Part shown: positions 12,532 to 26,259 of the stretch, piece by piece
Layout: the number at the start of each line of letters is the position of its first letter
How positions within the stretch are numbered: the first letter of the stretch is position 1
Assembly (NCBI RefSeq): GCF_006345805.1
Contig: NC_043002.1
Location: 61,256,001-61,320,000 of the forward strand
Direction of reading: 5' to 3'
DNA length: 64,000 nucleotides
Source of the DNA: Octopus sinensis
Lineage: Eukaryota
The notes under the pieces: model-generated
The model's input: the letters and a program-made list of their open reading frames with translations, nothing else
What the model was told of the DNA's origin: nothing
The model's database searches: none
Made by a program: the position numbers and the translations under genes

Positions 12532-15500
12532 AACATCTGAGTTCTCCAAACATCTAAGGGGGTGAGGTTACACTCCTGAAACATCAGGGATAGTTCAATA
12601 AAAATCAGACTTAGATAACAAACGGACTTCCAAAGTTCTTTAATGTTGCACAGTCATATAACAGGTCTTAAAAAAGTATTTTAAAAAACCTTTTAGTTTC
12701 CCAGAAAATGGAAATGTAAATCCATCCATATTGAAGTAAGTTTGATTTCTGGAGTTATGAGGAGAGATTTCATACTCACAGACGATGCATTTATCCATAA
12801 TTAGTTAGTGGAGCGTAGAGTTTCCTGATGTATGGTGATATACTGGTTGCAATTCTGAAAATTTCTCAAAACTGCTATGTTAGAATTTTATTTGTTGAAG
12901 GAAAGTTAGTGGAGCGTAGAAACAATCACTCACATAGGGTATAATAGGGTAACTGAGAGGGGAAGGGGATGTGAATATCCACCTACGCAGAATAGTTTAT
13001 TTCAGTGGAGACAAACTGACTGATTCAGAATTTGCAAGAATCTAAGAGCTTTAAGGAGGAATGCTAATCTTGACCAGTACCGTTGTTAATTGCTATATAA
13101 AGAGGACACGGGAAGGTAAAGGCGGGTCAAAGGTTGTCACTATAGGAAAAAGACATTAACAGATTTCAGTGCAACACTAGAAATGAGGTCATTTAATTTA
13201 TTTCTTTATTTATTAATGTTACTACTTATACATTGGCAGACTATGGGACTACATTTAGGGGTCAAAAGAAAGGATTGAGAGTATTGTTTTTCATAATGAA
13301 AAATCGTTATATTATTTTTATGGGATTAGCAATATTTACTTGTAGTATAGAAAAGAATTACGAAGTCTTATTAACTTATTTGTTTTAAGTTGGTTTACCT
13401 AAATTAGATTAAATATTAGATAAAATTAATTTAAATTATCTATATAGTCTATTAGAATGAAAATTTATTTGCAACTAATTTATTTCTTTATGCTTCAAAT
13501 CCGGTACCGTTAGAGAGAAAATAACCATAGCCTATGAGCTCGTAGCTATCTATTTAAATATATAATATATAATATATAAGAGTATTGCTATATTAGTATA
13601 AGCAAGATAGACAAATCACAAAATGACTTTTATATAGGGTTATCATTTAAAATATTTTAGAGTCTTAATCCTAGCGTGAATACAAGAGTTACCCAATTAT
13701 ATACGGTTATTCAAAAAATTACCATTTCTTCTATGCATTAGTATTTCAAAAGTTTCCATGGAGCAAAGTTGACAACCAACTCTGTTATTTTTATAAGGTA
13801 TCGCTCTTCTAACTAATTCCCAATTAAGTTTATACTTGATATTATTGTTTTTGAGTTCTCAGATCTTACTTCAAAGTGTGGTGCTATCATGACGTAATTT
13901 GAAAGAAGAGAGATGGTTGCTAAGACGTTTCTTAAAATTTATAGTACACCCTAAATAAATAAATAAATTTGTTATTCTCTGTGGTTATGGTACATTTATA
14001 GATTACGTTATTTAACCCGCATAGACCAGGTGCCGGGAATTTTGATCTAATTCTACAGTTACACCTAGGGGGATCATTTTCCGATGTGGAATTAGTCAAG
14101 GATAGATGTCTCATATTACTGCTATTCAAAACATTATTAGTATATTTTTCGTTATTATAGTTACTGCTGCTATCTAAAATAGTGTTATCGTTATTATAGT
14201 TAATGTTGTTATCTAAGGCAGTATTATCATTTATCGGTCTTTCTACACTATCATTTAATACTATAGTCCTACCATAATTACTAACATTATTGGTATTGCT
14301 ACTATTATTGCCAGTATTGGTTTCCAAATGTATACTGTTACTATAGATATCATTGTTGTCTTCATTCTCGATATTTCCCTATTGGTATTACTCCTATTAT
14401 TAACATAATTGTTCCTATTTGTATTATTATTATTAGCTATTCCATAGCTATTGGTTATACCTATGTTATGATAGTTATTATTATTATTGTGGCTATTATT
14501 ACCTTCGGTAATGTTACTACAATTGCCATTGGTATTTCTATTGTTATTATCAAAATTTTTCCTGGCTAGTTTAATGTTATTATTATTAATCTTAGCTATT
14601 AAAGTGGACATATTTGGGCGGGTTGAATAAGAAATTCTGACCGTTTTCTTAGAAATAATGTTATATCTATGAGAGGTTGGGAAGTTCTTTTCCAGAATTA
14701 TTTTGAATCTACTCTGAATATCCGATAGAATCGCACAGTTGAAAGGAACATTTAGCCACATTATATCCTTCTTATTAAATTTCCTAGAATTAGAATTGGG
14801 GTTAGTTGAATCATTCTTACTCTCACCAGAGTCGTTGTGTTTATTAATGTTACTATTTGCATGCTTCTTTGTTTTATCTAAATTTATCCTATCCGTATTA
14901 CCTATGTTCTGGTCTATGTTCTTATCATTATTCTTATTTTCATTTATATTAGTTGTCACCGTAAATCTATTTCTACTTTTATTTCTGGCGTGATCTCTAT
15001 TGTTGTTTACGTGGCTATTGTTACTTCTTTTATTAGGAATATGTAAGTTCTCTTTATCAATGTAACTATTTGCATGCTTCTTCGTTTTATCTAAATTTAT
15101 CCTATCCGAGTTACCTATGTTCTGGTCTATGTTCTTATCTTTGTTCTTATTTTCATTTAGATTTGTTGTCACCGTAAAACTACTTCTAGTTTTATTTCTG
15201 GTGCGATCTCTATTGTTGTTTACGTGGCTATTGTTACTTCTTTTATTAGGAATATGTAAGGGTAATTTTTTGGTTGTATCCAGCCTTAGATAACGCCGCA
15301 TTATAATGCTCCGAATGGGAGTTAAATATATCAAAATTGGATGATAATTTAGAGATTCTTAAGGAAATATTTCTAATCAAAGCATTAATTATATTTGGGG
15401 GATGATTGGATAATTTATTTACGTAACTAGTGATTTCACCTTCCTTTCTAAATGGGTAAAGTAGCTTAGAGTTAAGGTCTAATGTAATATCTAGGAAATT

Positions 15501-16128
15501 GACTATGTTAGTGCCTGGTTCATAGGTTATGCTAAGGTTGAAATCTTTAAAGAACCTATTACTTTTCTTTCTAATCCTTTCTAGTGTTGCACTGAAATCT
15601 GTTAATGTTTTTTTTCCTATAGTGACAACCTTTGACCCGCCTTTACCTTCCCGTGTCCTCTTTATATAGCAATTAACAACGGTACTGGTCAAGATTAGCA
15701 TTCCTCCTTAAAGCTCTTAGATCCTTGCAAATTCTGAATCAGTCAGTTTGTCTCCACTGAAATAAACTATTCTGCGTAGTTGGATATTCACATCCCCGTC
15801 CCCTCTCAGTTACCCCTTTATACCCTATGGGAGTGATTGTCTCTACGCTCCACTAACTAATTATGGATAAATGCATCGTCTGTGAGTATGAAATCTTTCC
15901 TCATATCTCCAGAATCAAACTTACTTCAATATGGATGGATTTACATTTCCATTTTCTGGGAAACTAAAAGGTTTTTAAAATACTTTTTTAAGACCTGTTA
16001 TATGACTGTGCAACATTAAAGAACTTTGGAAGACCGTTTGTTATCTAAATCTGATTTTTATAGAACTATCCCTGATGTTTCAGGAGTGTAACCTCACCCC
16101 CTTAGATGTTTGGAGAACTCAGATGTTT

Positions 16129-16217
16129 TTTCGGCTGATGAGTACGGGTCGTTATATTTACTGCAATATTTGCAGCCTTAATAAAGCTGGTCTTCGTACG
16201 AAACAATTGTACCGAAA
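16129..16217 (+). ncRNA. Type I hammerhead ribozyme motif (family A)
   Basis: Stem I tttcgg/ccgaaa, CTGATGA, stem II gtacg/cgtac, GAAA, short stem III with palindromic AATT loop, GTA cleavage triplet at 16209-16211. Confidence 0.85.
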
Positions 16218-16397
16218 TATTGATCCATTTTTGTTGCTTTTTTCTTGTATATATATATAGGTATGAGTTAGAGCTGTTTAAAACCTTTAAGGAATGGTTA
16301 AATCCAAAGGCGCTCCTGATGATTATCTGCATAGGTACAATCCTTGGTAAAAAGGTGTACGGTAGCAGGTAATTCAGCGGGTAAACCGTAGTTTGAA

Positions 16398-16775
16398 TTA
16401 TATGCAAGAAGAAAATGGAGGAAATATAACAGGAATAATTTGGCCGTTTGCGCTAGTAAGCCATTATTTTCATTAATTAATATCGAAAAGCGGTAGTAAT
16501 AGTACATTTACGATCTCCTCTGTTTACCAGTTTTAGTGGTAGACATCATCAGAATGCAGTCTTATGTAAAGGAAAGATGAGCGAAAGAGATAGGGATACA
16601 TTTGTAACGAGAATAAAGACAAAGAATTGTGGTGTCTACCACTACAACTAGCTAAACCGAAACGATCGTAAATCTACCATTACTAACACTTTTCTTTATT
16701 AATTAAGAAAATTAATTGTTTGCTAGCGCAAACGACCACATTCTTCTTCTTATTTTTCCTCCATTTTCTTCTTGC

Positions 16776-16782
<7 letters not shown>
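16398..16782. mobile_element. MITE-like element with ~80-bp imperfect terminal inverted repeats
   Basis: 'tatatgcaagaagaaaatggagga...cgtttgcgctag' pairs with 'ctagcgcaaacg...tcctccattttcttcttgcatata'. Confidence 0.7.
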
Positions 16783-16823
<41 letters not shown>

Positions 16824-18959
16824 ACGTGTGTGTGTGCGTATGTGTGTGTGTTTGTTCGTGTGTGTTTGTGTATGTGTGAGTTTATAGATAGAGAAATATA
16901 TATACAGTGTGTACTAATTATTGTCTGCATTAATTGCTAATAGTGTGTGTCCCATTCTTCATTTGTACGCATCCTCTTTTTTTCATCTTTTACAAATTCT
17001 ACTACGCAATCATCAATATATGGGAAATAATAATGAATTTTTATAATATGCTAACTTCATTCTCAATATTATCGTTTTAGCCATCACGAAATAGATCATC
17101 GTCGATATTATTATCGTCATGAACATTATTCTGTTCCATTTATTATCTGCCATTACCATTTTCATAGTTCATTTTTAAATTCCTATATTAGGTGGTATCT
17201 CTTGTTTTGTGTGGTGCAATATCCATTCATCCTATTAATATTTCCGGACTCAGGACTTCAGTATGATTACAGTATTTATAACGCTGAAATGTAACAAACC
17301 ATAGTTTTTCTCTTAAAAAAATTTAGGAAATATTCCTACGCACTATAAAACAAATTATCTAGCAATGACGTAAATTGATACATTATCGCTTGAATCAAAT
17401 ACAGAATGATGTCTAAAACAATAATCTCTTCATCTGGGATTAAGAGCCTGATGATATTTAACTGACACTTCGAATCTTTTGCTTACTTTAAGGAAGAATA
17501 TTCTAGAAGGTGATTGCATCTATTTACACATCAGTTTTTGTAAACAAAAACAAGAACACACAGGAAAGATCACTATATATATATATATATATATACACGT
17601 GTCTTCCCTACCGAAAGGTAACCGCTTCCCACGCTTGCTGATCAAATGTTTTTGTCCCATTTTGTCTCAAATTTTGTCATTCCTGTTTTTATTCGTTACT
17701 GTTTCCAATTTTATCTTCGTCTCTTGTTTTCCTATTCGTCTCTGTTGTCACATTCTTTCCTTCTACCAAGGAAATCCTAATGCCCATAGCTTAGCTTTTC
17801 CTTGGGGCTGGCCGTTTTGGAGCAAATCTCAGAATTAAACAGCCGAAATTTGCCATGATGAATCGGTTTCTGACTGAAGAAAGAAGGCTCTGAATGACTG
17901 TCTGATTTCCGTGTTCGTCAATTCGTGAATTTCGCGTTCTTTATATATAAAGTTTTATTCTATATATATATATATATATATATTTAAGTAGGTGAATGAA
18001 TTATCCTATGTTTATCGTCAGCATGGAAAATTCGTTTAACCGAAACCTGGGTAGCAAATTCACGTCAGAAAACACGGTTGAAGCGACCTATCAAGGGTAG
18101 AAACTCCGGGTTCATGTGTAGAAATTTGTGTGTTGTATATGAATAAATGAAAGAATGGAGTCGAACGAAGATGTTAACAAAATTCCTTCACTCTCGACAC
18201 ATGTTTCGAAGACAGCATGTTTTCATTCCAAAGAAATAAAGGGTGCATTATGCAATCTTCTCATCAGGAAAGAAAGGGAGCCTCTCTCGACAACAAGACA
18301 AACACAAATTTCGATGATTGCCTACATATTAAACAAAGCGATAATGAGTGTTTTTTTTAAAAAGACCGTTAGAAGAATTGACGTCAAAAATAGATAGTAG
18401 GAAGAGAAGGGATAAAGTAATAATAGGTAGGGAACAGTATGTTTGCTGTATGCATGGAAATGTGTGGGTGTGTGATTGTGTTAATGAGTGCGTGTGTTTG
18501 TGTGTGTGTATGTGTGTGTGTATAACTGCATTTGTGTCTGTGTGTGTGATTGTGTGTGTGAGAGAGAGACAGACGTCAAAGATAGATAGTAGGAAGAGAA
18601 GGTATAAAGGAATAATATGTAGGGAACAAGTGCGATATTTCGTCCGTCTTTTTATTTCTAAGTTCAAAATCCGCTGTGGTCTCCCTTTTTTTATTTTCAA
18701 CTTTTATGGTGGCGAGAAGAAACACTTGAGCAATGGGGTCGATTTAATCGTCGGAGCCCCTCCTCGAAACTGCGAACCTTGAGCCAAAATTGGAAACCTT
18801 CATAATTTTCCTTTAATAATAAGACAAAGTCGACCTGGGAAGAATGTGTACTCACAACGTAAAAAAGGATCAAATGTCACTAAGAATTTCTCCCAGCATG
18901 TTAACATTTCTAGAAGAACCCTGGCTATTTGTATTAGTTTTCCTTGCTTCTGAAGTAGA

Positions 18960-19225
18960 TATTTTTACAGTCCTATAGGAAAAACCATCAAAAGCCTTTC
19001 GGTAGTCGATCCAGGCTATACTGAGGCCTTTCTTCCTTCTGCGACTGTTTTCAGTTATGGCTTTATTGATCATTAGTTGATCTTTTCAGCCGTATGAGCC
19101 CTTCAGCATCCCTTCTGCTCTTCTGGAAACAGGTTGTTTTCTTCCAGATGCTTGATCATTCTCTGCGATATTATTTCAGTAAAGGCTGTAGAGAGCAACT
19201 TGTAGTAACTGTAGTAAATTATAGG
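18960..19225 (-). mobile_element. Reverse transcriptase fragment, R4/Dong-like LINE
   Basis: 'HLEENNLFPEEQKG...DQLMINKAITENSRRRKKGLSIAWIDYRKAFD' with stops. Confidence 0.8.
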
Positions 19226-19894
19226 TCTGTAGATTTGTGTTTTGCCGTTTCAGTAGATTTGGGGATTAGGATAGAAAGTATACTAGCAGTATCCCCCGGT
19301 GTTGCTTGGGATTGTTTCGACCCTTTAGAATTGAAATTGTTGAAAAGTAAAAATCTTGCATTATGCAACTTGTTATTCTCTTCAAGTGAACATTTTTCCA
19401 GTTGAAATACACCGAAAATTGGTGACACAAAAATCGTAAAAAATAGGGATTTTCATAGAAAAAAAGCAACTTTTTAATGTAAATAATTTTTGATGTTAAC
19501 ATGGTTCGATTTGAATTTTATCTTCTACAGAATAAAGAGCAAACCTTCTTCTATCATACTCTCAATTTTGGTCAACTTGCGCTGCAGGGTCTCCAAGGAG
19601 ATAGTTTTAGTTGAAGGCTACCAAACCGGCCACGCACAGACAACTTCAGCTTTTTATATATAGATTTGCTACACACTACTTTCCATCCTTAATAATGAAA
19701 CTTGGTAGATCCAAATGTTTTACACACAGAAACACACACAGATACACACAGAGATACACACACAGACACACAAGTTGAATTTTATATATATAGATTTCTC
19801 AACGGGGATTTCAGGGGAGAGTTTCAGGGAGTCGCTGGCGATGTATCGTGATGATCAAAACTCCAGCCTCAACGCAAAATGGTCAGATTTAATT

Positions 19895-20043
19895 CAAAGC
19901 GTTAAAAATGTTATGAAAACAATTGGTATGTGTTCACAAAGTCCAAAAGATTAATACGAAAAAACCCTCAAAGCGTTAAAAATGTTATGAAAACAATTGG
20001 TATGTGTTCACAAAGTCCAAAAGATTAATACGAAAAAACCCTC
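19895..20043. repeat. 74-bp direct tandem duplication (two copies)
   Basis: 'caaagcgttaaaaatg...gaaaaaaccct' starts at 19895 and at 19969. Confidence 0.9.
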
Positions 20044-20654
20044 CAGGCTACTTCCCGAAAATTCCTTTCTTTGCCGAATTTCTACAATGCTTACGGCGAT
20101 TCGTTTTTATAACTTGATTTTTTTTATTTTTCATGCAATTTACGCATGCTTGCACTCGTGGTGAACACAGTTCACGTCAAACAGCTGACTGAGTAAAGTT
20201 CACTATTCAATGCATGGGATAAGGCCTAAACAAAGACATTATCGATTTTTGTACTTGCGAGATGAATTTCGGAACAGAAATAGCGCAGTTCAATTTTCAT
20301 TCGCCTAAACTTTAAGTGACCCATCTTTGGTGGTTCTACGATTTGTTGGCTAGGAGAAGATGTGCTGGGATGTTAAACACACAGACACACACACAGATAC
20401 ACAAACAGACACACAAGTTGAGTTTTATATATATAGACATATATGTACAGAGAGAGAGAGAGAGAGAGAGAGAGATCATGAAGCATTATCCATACTATGT
20501 TCAAATCTACAAGCACCAAATATAGGATATCTATTCCGATCTCGGCGAAATTTGAACCCAAAACGTAGGGCAGACGAAATACGGCTACGCATTTCACCTG
20601 ACGTGCTAACGTTTATGCCAGCTCACCGTCTTAAACAAATGAATTATTTTCTAC

Positions 20655-20862
20655 TTTAGGCACAAGTCCCGAAATGTTTTTTGGGGGAAGGGAGGCAGTC
20701 GATTACATTGATCCCGTTATGCAACTGGTACTAATTTATGGAACCTGAAAGGATGAAATGCAATGTCGAGCTCGGCGGAATTTGAACTCGGAACGTAAAG
20801 ACGAAATACCGGTAAGGACTTCACCTGGCGTGCTAACGTTTATGCCACCTCGCTGCCTTAAA
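20655..20862 (-). mobile_element. SINE family S2 (partial extra copy at about 20530-20640)
   Basis: Reverse complement of the 9505-9722 family. Confidence 0.75.
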
Positions 20863-21270
20863 CAAATGAATTATTAAACGTCTTTGGACTAAATCAATGT
20901 TTAGTTATTTATAATTGTTGAAAGGTCCACATCTGAGAAAGTTCCCTAAACTTACCGTCTATTTAGAATTGTAAAAACGTCTATATCATTGGTAATTAGG
21001 CTAGTTTTCTATGTTGGAGAATTGAACATTTCCATTTCCTCTTATGTACATTACGATGATAATTCGTGTACAATTATGCCATGTATAATAGGATTTTTCC
21101 CGAACAACCTTTTATAAATTTATCCTCTACATTCGAGAGATGTAATATTTTGGTTTAACATACACATACTATACATACATGTATACATGCATTAATACAT
21201 ACATACATACATACATACATACATACATACATACATGCATGCATAAATACGTACATACATAAATACATAG

Positions 21271-21489
21271 ATATGAGGAGGTGCTGAGAAGTTCCTGGTT
21301 TTAAGGGTGTCGCGAATGCCCTGGCTGGAGGCTCATTCTCAATTCATTTACAGTGATTAGAAAGACTGAAGAAGCACTGCAATAAATGTGTGAATCGGAG
21401 AGGGGAATATGTTGGATAAAACCATAATTAACAGATTCTCCTGTATTTCCTTACAGCCAAAGCCAGGAACTTTTCACCACACACTCGTA
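21271..21489. mobile_element. Mariner-type MITE
   Basis: TIRs 'gaggaggtgctgagaagttcctggtttt' and 'aaagccaggaacttttcaccacacactcg', with TA at both ends. Confidence 0.8.
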
Positions 21490-22313
21490 CACACACTGTA
21501 TTTCATGTGGCAAATTTACACAGAATTATTCTTGAAAATTTGAAAATGCCAAAAAATGGTGCAAAGTGTTCCCTGGGTGCTAAGGGAATAAATTACAGAA
21601 TAATACGATGAATTACTCTTAACTTATTTGAAATGTCACCGGAAATATAATTTCCACTATGGTGAAAAAGAATTGGACCATGAGTATCTTAATTATTCAG
21701 ACTTAAAAAGAAATATTTCTAAGATATGTTTTCATGAATTTTTATTCTGATACTTGTTCGAAAAATATATATTGTGCGAAAGATTTTGTAATGCAATTGT
21801 TTAGGGTTCTCAAAATGATGTATATAGCTGATGTCTTTTAGCTGGTAAGTTTTTTTTTTACTTGTTATTTAGAGTATGGTCTATTTACATTTGGAAGGTG
21901 GTCATTAATTGTCAGCTGTGTCTTAGTAGTGCCTGTATAAAAAAGTGGTTCTGTTAGACTTTGATGTTCACAAAAGGATGCAGAAGTATCGATATATGTA
22001 TTACGCTTGTATGTTTGATTGTATGTTTTTATGTACATATGTATGTATCTTTGTATGTATGTATGGGGAGAATTCACGAAAAAAGAAATCAAAAGACGAA
22101 GACAGGTGGTGTAGACAACAAACAGATGTATTAGTATAACGCTCGGGAAGTGAAAAAGTCTTTAAAGTTTCGAGCCTACTCTCTTCCACAGAAAAGAAGA
22201 CAGAAAGAAACAAGGAGAGGATATAAAGAGTGAAAATGAAGTGAGAAAAATATGTATATATGTATATGTCTACGTCTATATCTGTATCTATATCTATCTA
22301 TCTAGCTTATATA

Positions 22314-22351
<38 letters not shown>

Positions 22352-22419
22352 CATTTGCTAAAAAAATTCATTTACCATTAAATATTTCATCACTATTATT
22401 GTGAAATACATACTTTAAC

Positions 22420-23300
22420 ATGAGCATGTATAACACTCCAATATCCAATTAAAAATAATGTGCACATTTCTACTATTCTCTCTCTAGTGTATGCTAACAG
22501 TCAAGTCTTCCTTTAACTTAGCTGTAGTTGGTAAGATGTTAGATGGCAGAAAAGCATCTAAATTTCCTCCATATCTCATTTATATATGCATGTATATATT
22601 TATCTATACATTAATTTAGTTTTTGTGAGCATAACAATCTTTTGCTCATTATATTGTCAAAACTGCATTCGTTGATTTTATGTTACACAACAATTTTCTC
22701 CTGATGATTTCTCCCGATAATTTCTCTTCCTTCATCAGATTTCTCCCTACTTTCTCCAAGAATATCTATTTTATTTCAGTTCACTCTATATAACAGATAC
22801 AATCCCACTTGCAATTTATTTAGCAATCGTTCCACGAGGTTTGGGCCATATATATTCCATCTAGAAATGAAAATCGCAATCATATTTTGAAATAAAATTA
22901 TGTTAACTATTGTTAACATAATTTTAATTATTCTGACATCAATGGGTATGTAATTTTCAATAAATTTCTCAACCAATAATTTATTTTAAAAAGGAATATT
23001 ATAGAGAACAATTGAACGAATGAATAATAGCAGTAAAACAGAGTTCTAATAAAACTTCTGTCTCATTATTAAATTGGTTACACAAAACAAGTAATATCTG
23101 ATAAAAATGCCGCATAGTTTTTATACAACAGAAGAATAGGATTAAGCGGTCTTAAATCATTTGAAGTTTCAGCAGATGCATAATTTCCACTATGAAATGA
23201 AACAGCAGAATAATACAAACCTGAATACTGAATTTTGTTATAAGATTATTGCCATCAATTGTATAGCTACTGCAAAAATCATGAAACTGGAGCAATCTGT
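22420..23300 (+). pseudogene. Highly decayed GPCR pseudogene in inverted orientation (GPCR-psi)
   Basis: Collinear family motifs: start context 'ctttaacATGagca' (GPCR-5 'ctttaacaATGagca'), 'FNLAVVG...SKFPPYLI' (22512-22580), 'YNP..L.S..STRFGPYI' (22798-22854), 'YLIKMPHSFY' (23095), 'NTEFCYKII' (23224). Many stops and at least two frameshifts. Confidence 0.65.
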
Positions 23301-23748
23301 CATGTTTCTATCTCTTTATCTACGATTATAAATATATAGGTAAACAGATATACATAGTTATATGCACAAGTTAATTAAGAATCCTGTTTAGCTTCCTTTC
23401 AACATCGTGAATAATTGCCTACTTAATGTGATAATAGTGTGTCTCCTATTCTTTCTTTCTGTGAATCTTTGTTATATGCCAACATTGTTATATACTATGC
23501 CAACATGAACATGTTGACCATGTTAATGGTGTTACTAATATGCTATGACAATATCTATATCATCATAATCATCATCATTACCAACATCATCACCATCATC
23601 ATCATTGCGACTTACTTCGTTAATTATGAAGAGTCAACACATAATATGAAAGATTCTATAGAAAACGTAGAAGTACATTAATAGGTAGGTAGATATCTAG
23701 ACAAACATAATGACAGATCGATATAATTATATGTGTGTTTGCGGCGCG

Positions 23749-23819
<71 letters not shown>

Positions 23820-23988
23820 GATAGATAAGAACAAAAGCAAGTACATGCCATCCAAGGTATAGAAATATACACGCTTATATAAACTGAGATTTCAATTGTG
23901 AGTGAAAGAAACAAATACATATGTAGATGGAAATACTGTATCTTTAATTTATAAAATATCGTGTAATTGGTTTTTTGATGCAATCTGT

Positions 23989-24840
23989 ATACAGTCTGTC
24001 TCACGAATGTGGGTTTTCGAAAACATATGTTTCTGTAACTTTCGGGAAACTCTCTACTTGTAAATCATATAGCAATTGAAGTTCAGACAGTGATTAATGA
24101 GGGCAGAAAAACGCAAGAGACGAAAGAGTGTCGAAATTTATGTAAAGTACTTCTTGCGTTCTTATACAGTAATATATTGAAGTCGGAAATGTTGCCCGCA
24201 GAAATAAATCATCCATTTGCCATCACAACACAAATTATGGTTCTTCTGAACATTGAGATGGTGTTTTGAATTTGTTGTCCGATATTTGACCGTATGGCTC
24301 AATACGACAAATCTGGTGATTAAAATAAGGTTACTTCTTGGTAAGCATTTAAAACTAGTTTTAAAAATTATGTCCTTTCAAATAGCCAGCATTTCTTTCT
24401 TGAAAACGGCGAGCTCTTTCTAAAGAGTATTTTATCTGTAGTGTTTTTTAATTATTCCCACAATTTTTTCGCCTTAAATTTCTGGACGATTCCAGGTTTG
24501 TTATTGTATACATTGTCTTTCAAATAATTCCACAGGAAATATAGGAATGAATATAGTATCCTTTAAATCTTCTATAGTGAGCTTCGAGATATGCCCAGCC
24601 TGTTAAAGGCTCTTTATATGCTAAATGTTGCCCTGAGACCTCCGCGAATATGGCCTTCCCACACCTGGTACTTCAATCATAGTTCGCAGTTGTCCAAGCT
24701 GCTAGAATAAGTTAGGGGTCATTTGTTTAGGTAGAGGCTTGGTTTTGCACAATCGATAGAAAAATTTAGTTTTTTTTTTTCTTGTTACTCTGTCGTGAAT
24801 TTTTCTCTGATTACCTTCCAAGAATTACATGTCAAAAATC
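23989..24840 (-). mobile_element. Decayed Tc1/mariner-superfamily transposon
   Basis: Minus translation 'YFLWNYLKDNVYNNKP' (about 24490-24545) and 'SPDLSY*AIRS' (about 24285-24320); TACAG at the left end. Confidence 0.6.
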
Positions 24841-25880
24841 TGAAACAAAAGATTTGAAAACGTTAATTGCAAAAACGCTATTATAGGTTAAAGTGTCTTG
24901 GTGAATTTTGAGCTACCCTATATATCTATAAATGTGAATGTTGAAAAGTTACTAAATACCCTATATATCTATCAATTGCGAAGTGGAAAATGTGTGTAAA
25001 GGATTAAATGTGCACAAAATTCAGTGACGGGTGTGGATAATATCAAACATGATCGGCGAAGAATGTTAAAAAATAGAGATTACTAAGAGTTCGTTCATAC
25101 TAAGTTATTATAGAAAATGTGGACAAGAGGAAGTAGAAAAGAAGCGTAAAACTTTTTTGTTTACAGATTCTGCCATCTTGCGGTGGTTCATTCTTTTGAT
25201 AACTTCATATATTAAAACAACGAAAACATTTAAAGAACATCAGGAAAATAATTGCCACGAATCAATATTTAAATATGTAAAATAGGATTATGATGATTTG
25301 GATAATTAGGAGAAATGTTGTAATGTGTCTCTTCGAACTACAACGAAGCGAACGAAAAGCTAGGCACGCGATGTAAAATTTCGTGCAAATAATCATGTTG
25401 TGGGCGTCTTGAAATTTAGATTAATTTAATATAATGACCGTCTAAACTGGTACAAAATATCCATATTTTTGTTTCTGTATAACTTTTATATATCAAATTT
25501 TCGGTTTATAAATTTGAAACAATGCTAATTTACAATTGTTGTAAAAAGGATAAAATTATATGTGCCCCATATTACAACTACCAACATATTCATTCGACTG
25601 TATTTGTTCAATCCATTACGAATTACGTATACATACAACTTTCTATGTATTTTAGGACCAATGTCCTAAAAGGCGATTACATTTATTTACATCAGTATAT
25701 TTAAGAAACTGGAAGACAGTAATAAGATCTCGCTTATATGTTTATATGGCGAATGTTACACATATGTGGAAAATTCAACGCAAATTGTTTGAATTCTCGG
25801 TGCTGAGATATTGTATTGTATCTATTGTCCGAGATTTTGTCGTTGAAGTAACGAACAAGTAATTGAATTACACGCTATTA

Positions 25881-26043
25881 CGAAGGAGTAGCTGTATGGT
25901 AAGAAGCTTACTTCTCCAACACATGGTTCCGCGTTCAGTCCTACTGCGTAGCCCCTTCGTCAAGTGTCTTCTTCTATAGCCTCGGGCCGACCAAAGCCTT
26001 TTAAACGGATCTGGTAGACGGAAACTGAAAGAAGCCCGTGGTA
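25881..26043 (+). mobile_element. tRNA-derived SINE family S1, 5' half
   Basis: A/B-box-like head 'ggagtagctgtatggtaag...gttcagtcc' and 'ggtagacggaaactgaaagaagccc'. Confidence 0.8.
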
Positions 26044-26196
26044 TATATATATATATGTGTGTGTTTGTGTGTGTGCGTGTGTGTGTGTGTGTGTTGGTGT
26101 GTGTGTCTACGCAACGCACAAAAGTATCAAAGCATCAGACCTTCAGGCTCACTGTTGCTTCTGCTCCATATGCACATAACAATATCCATAACTATG

Positions 26197-26259
<63 letters not shown>

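Larger units (their letters stand above)
12297..16250 (-). mobile_element. 5'-truncated Penelope-like element: RT thumb, linker, GIY-YIG, 3' pseudo-LTR and an inverted 5' pLTR copy
   Basis: Minus frames: 'VNFLDITLDL...SNHPPNII...RISKLSS...AGY' (RT C-terminus), 'IMWLNVPFN...TVRISYSTRPNM', 'CNCR...NNVIYKCTI...FIYL' (GIY-YIG), with frameshifts between them. 12410-13183 is the reverse complement of 15578-16250. Confidence 0.92.

Noticed and set aside
17000-17470. Possible further GPCR relic ('TNYLAMT*IDTLSL')
   Set aside because: Only one weak motif; the neighbouring hydrophobic translation is explained by decayed (ATC)n-like sequence.
22776-22976. 66-aa hydrophobic minus-strand ORF as a membrane-protein exon
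   Set aside because: It is the antisense frame of the decayed plus-strand GPCR.
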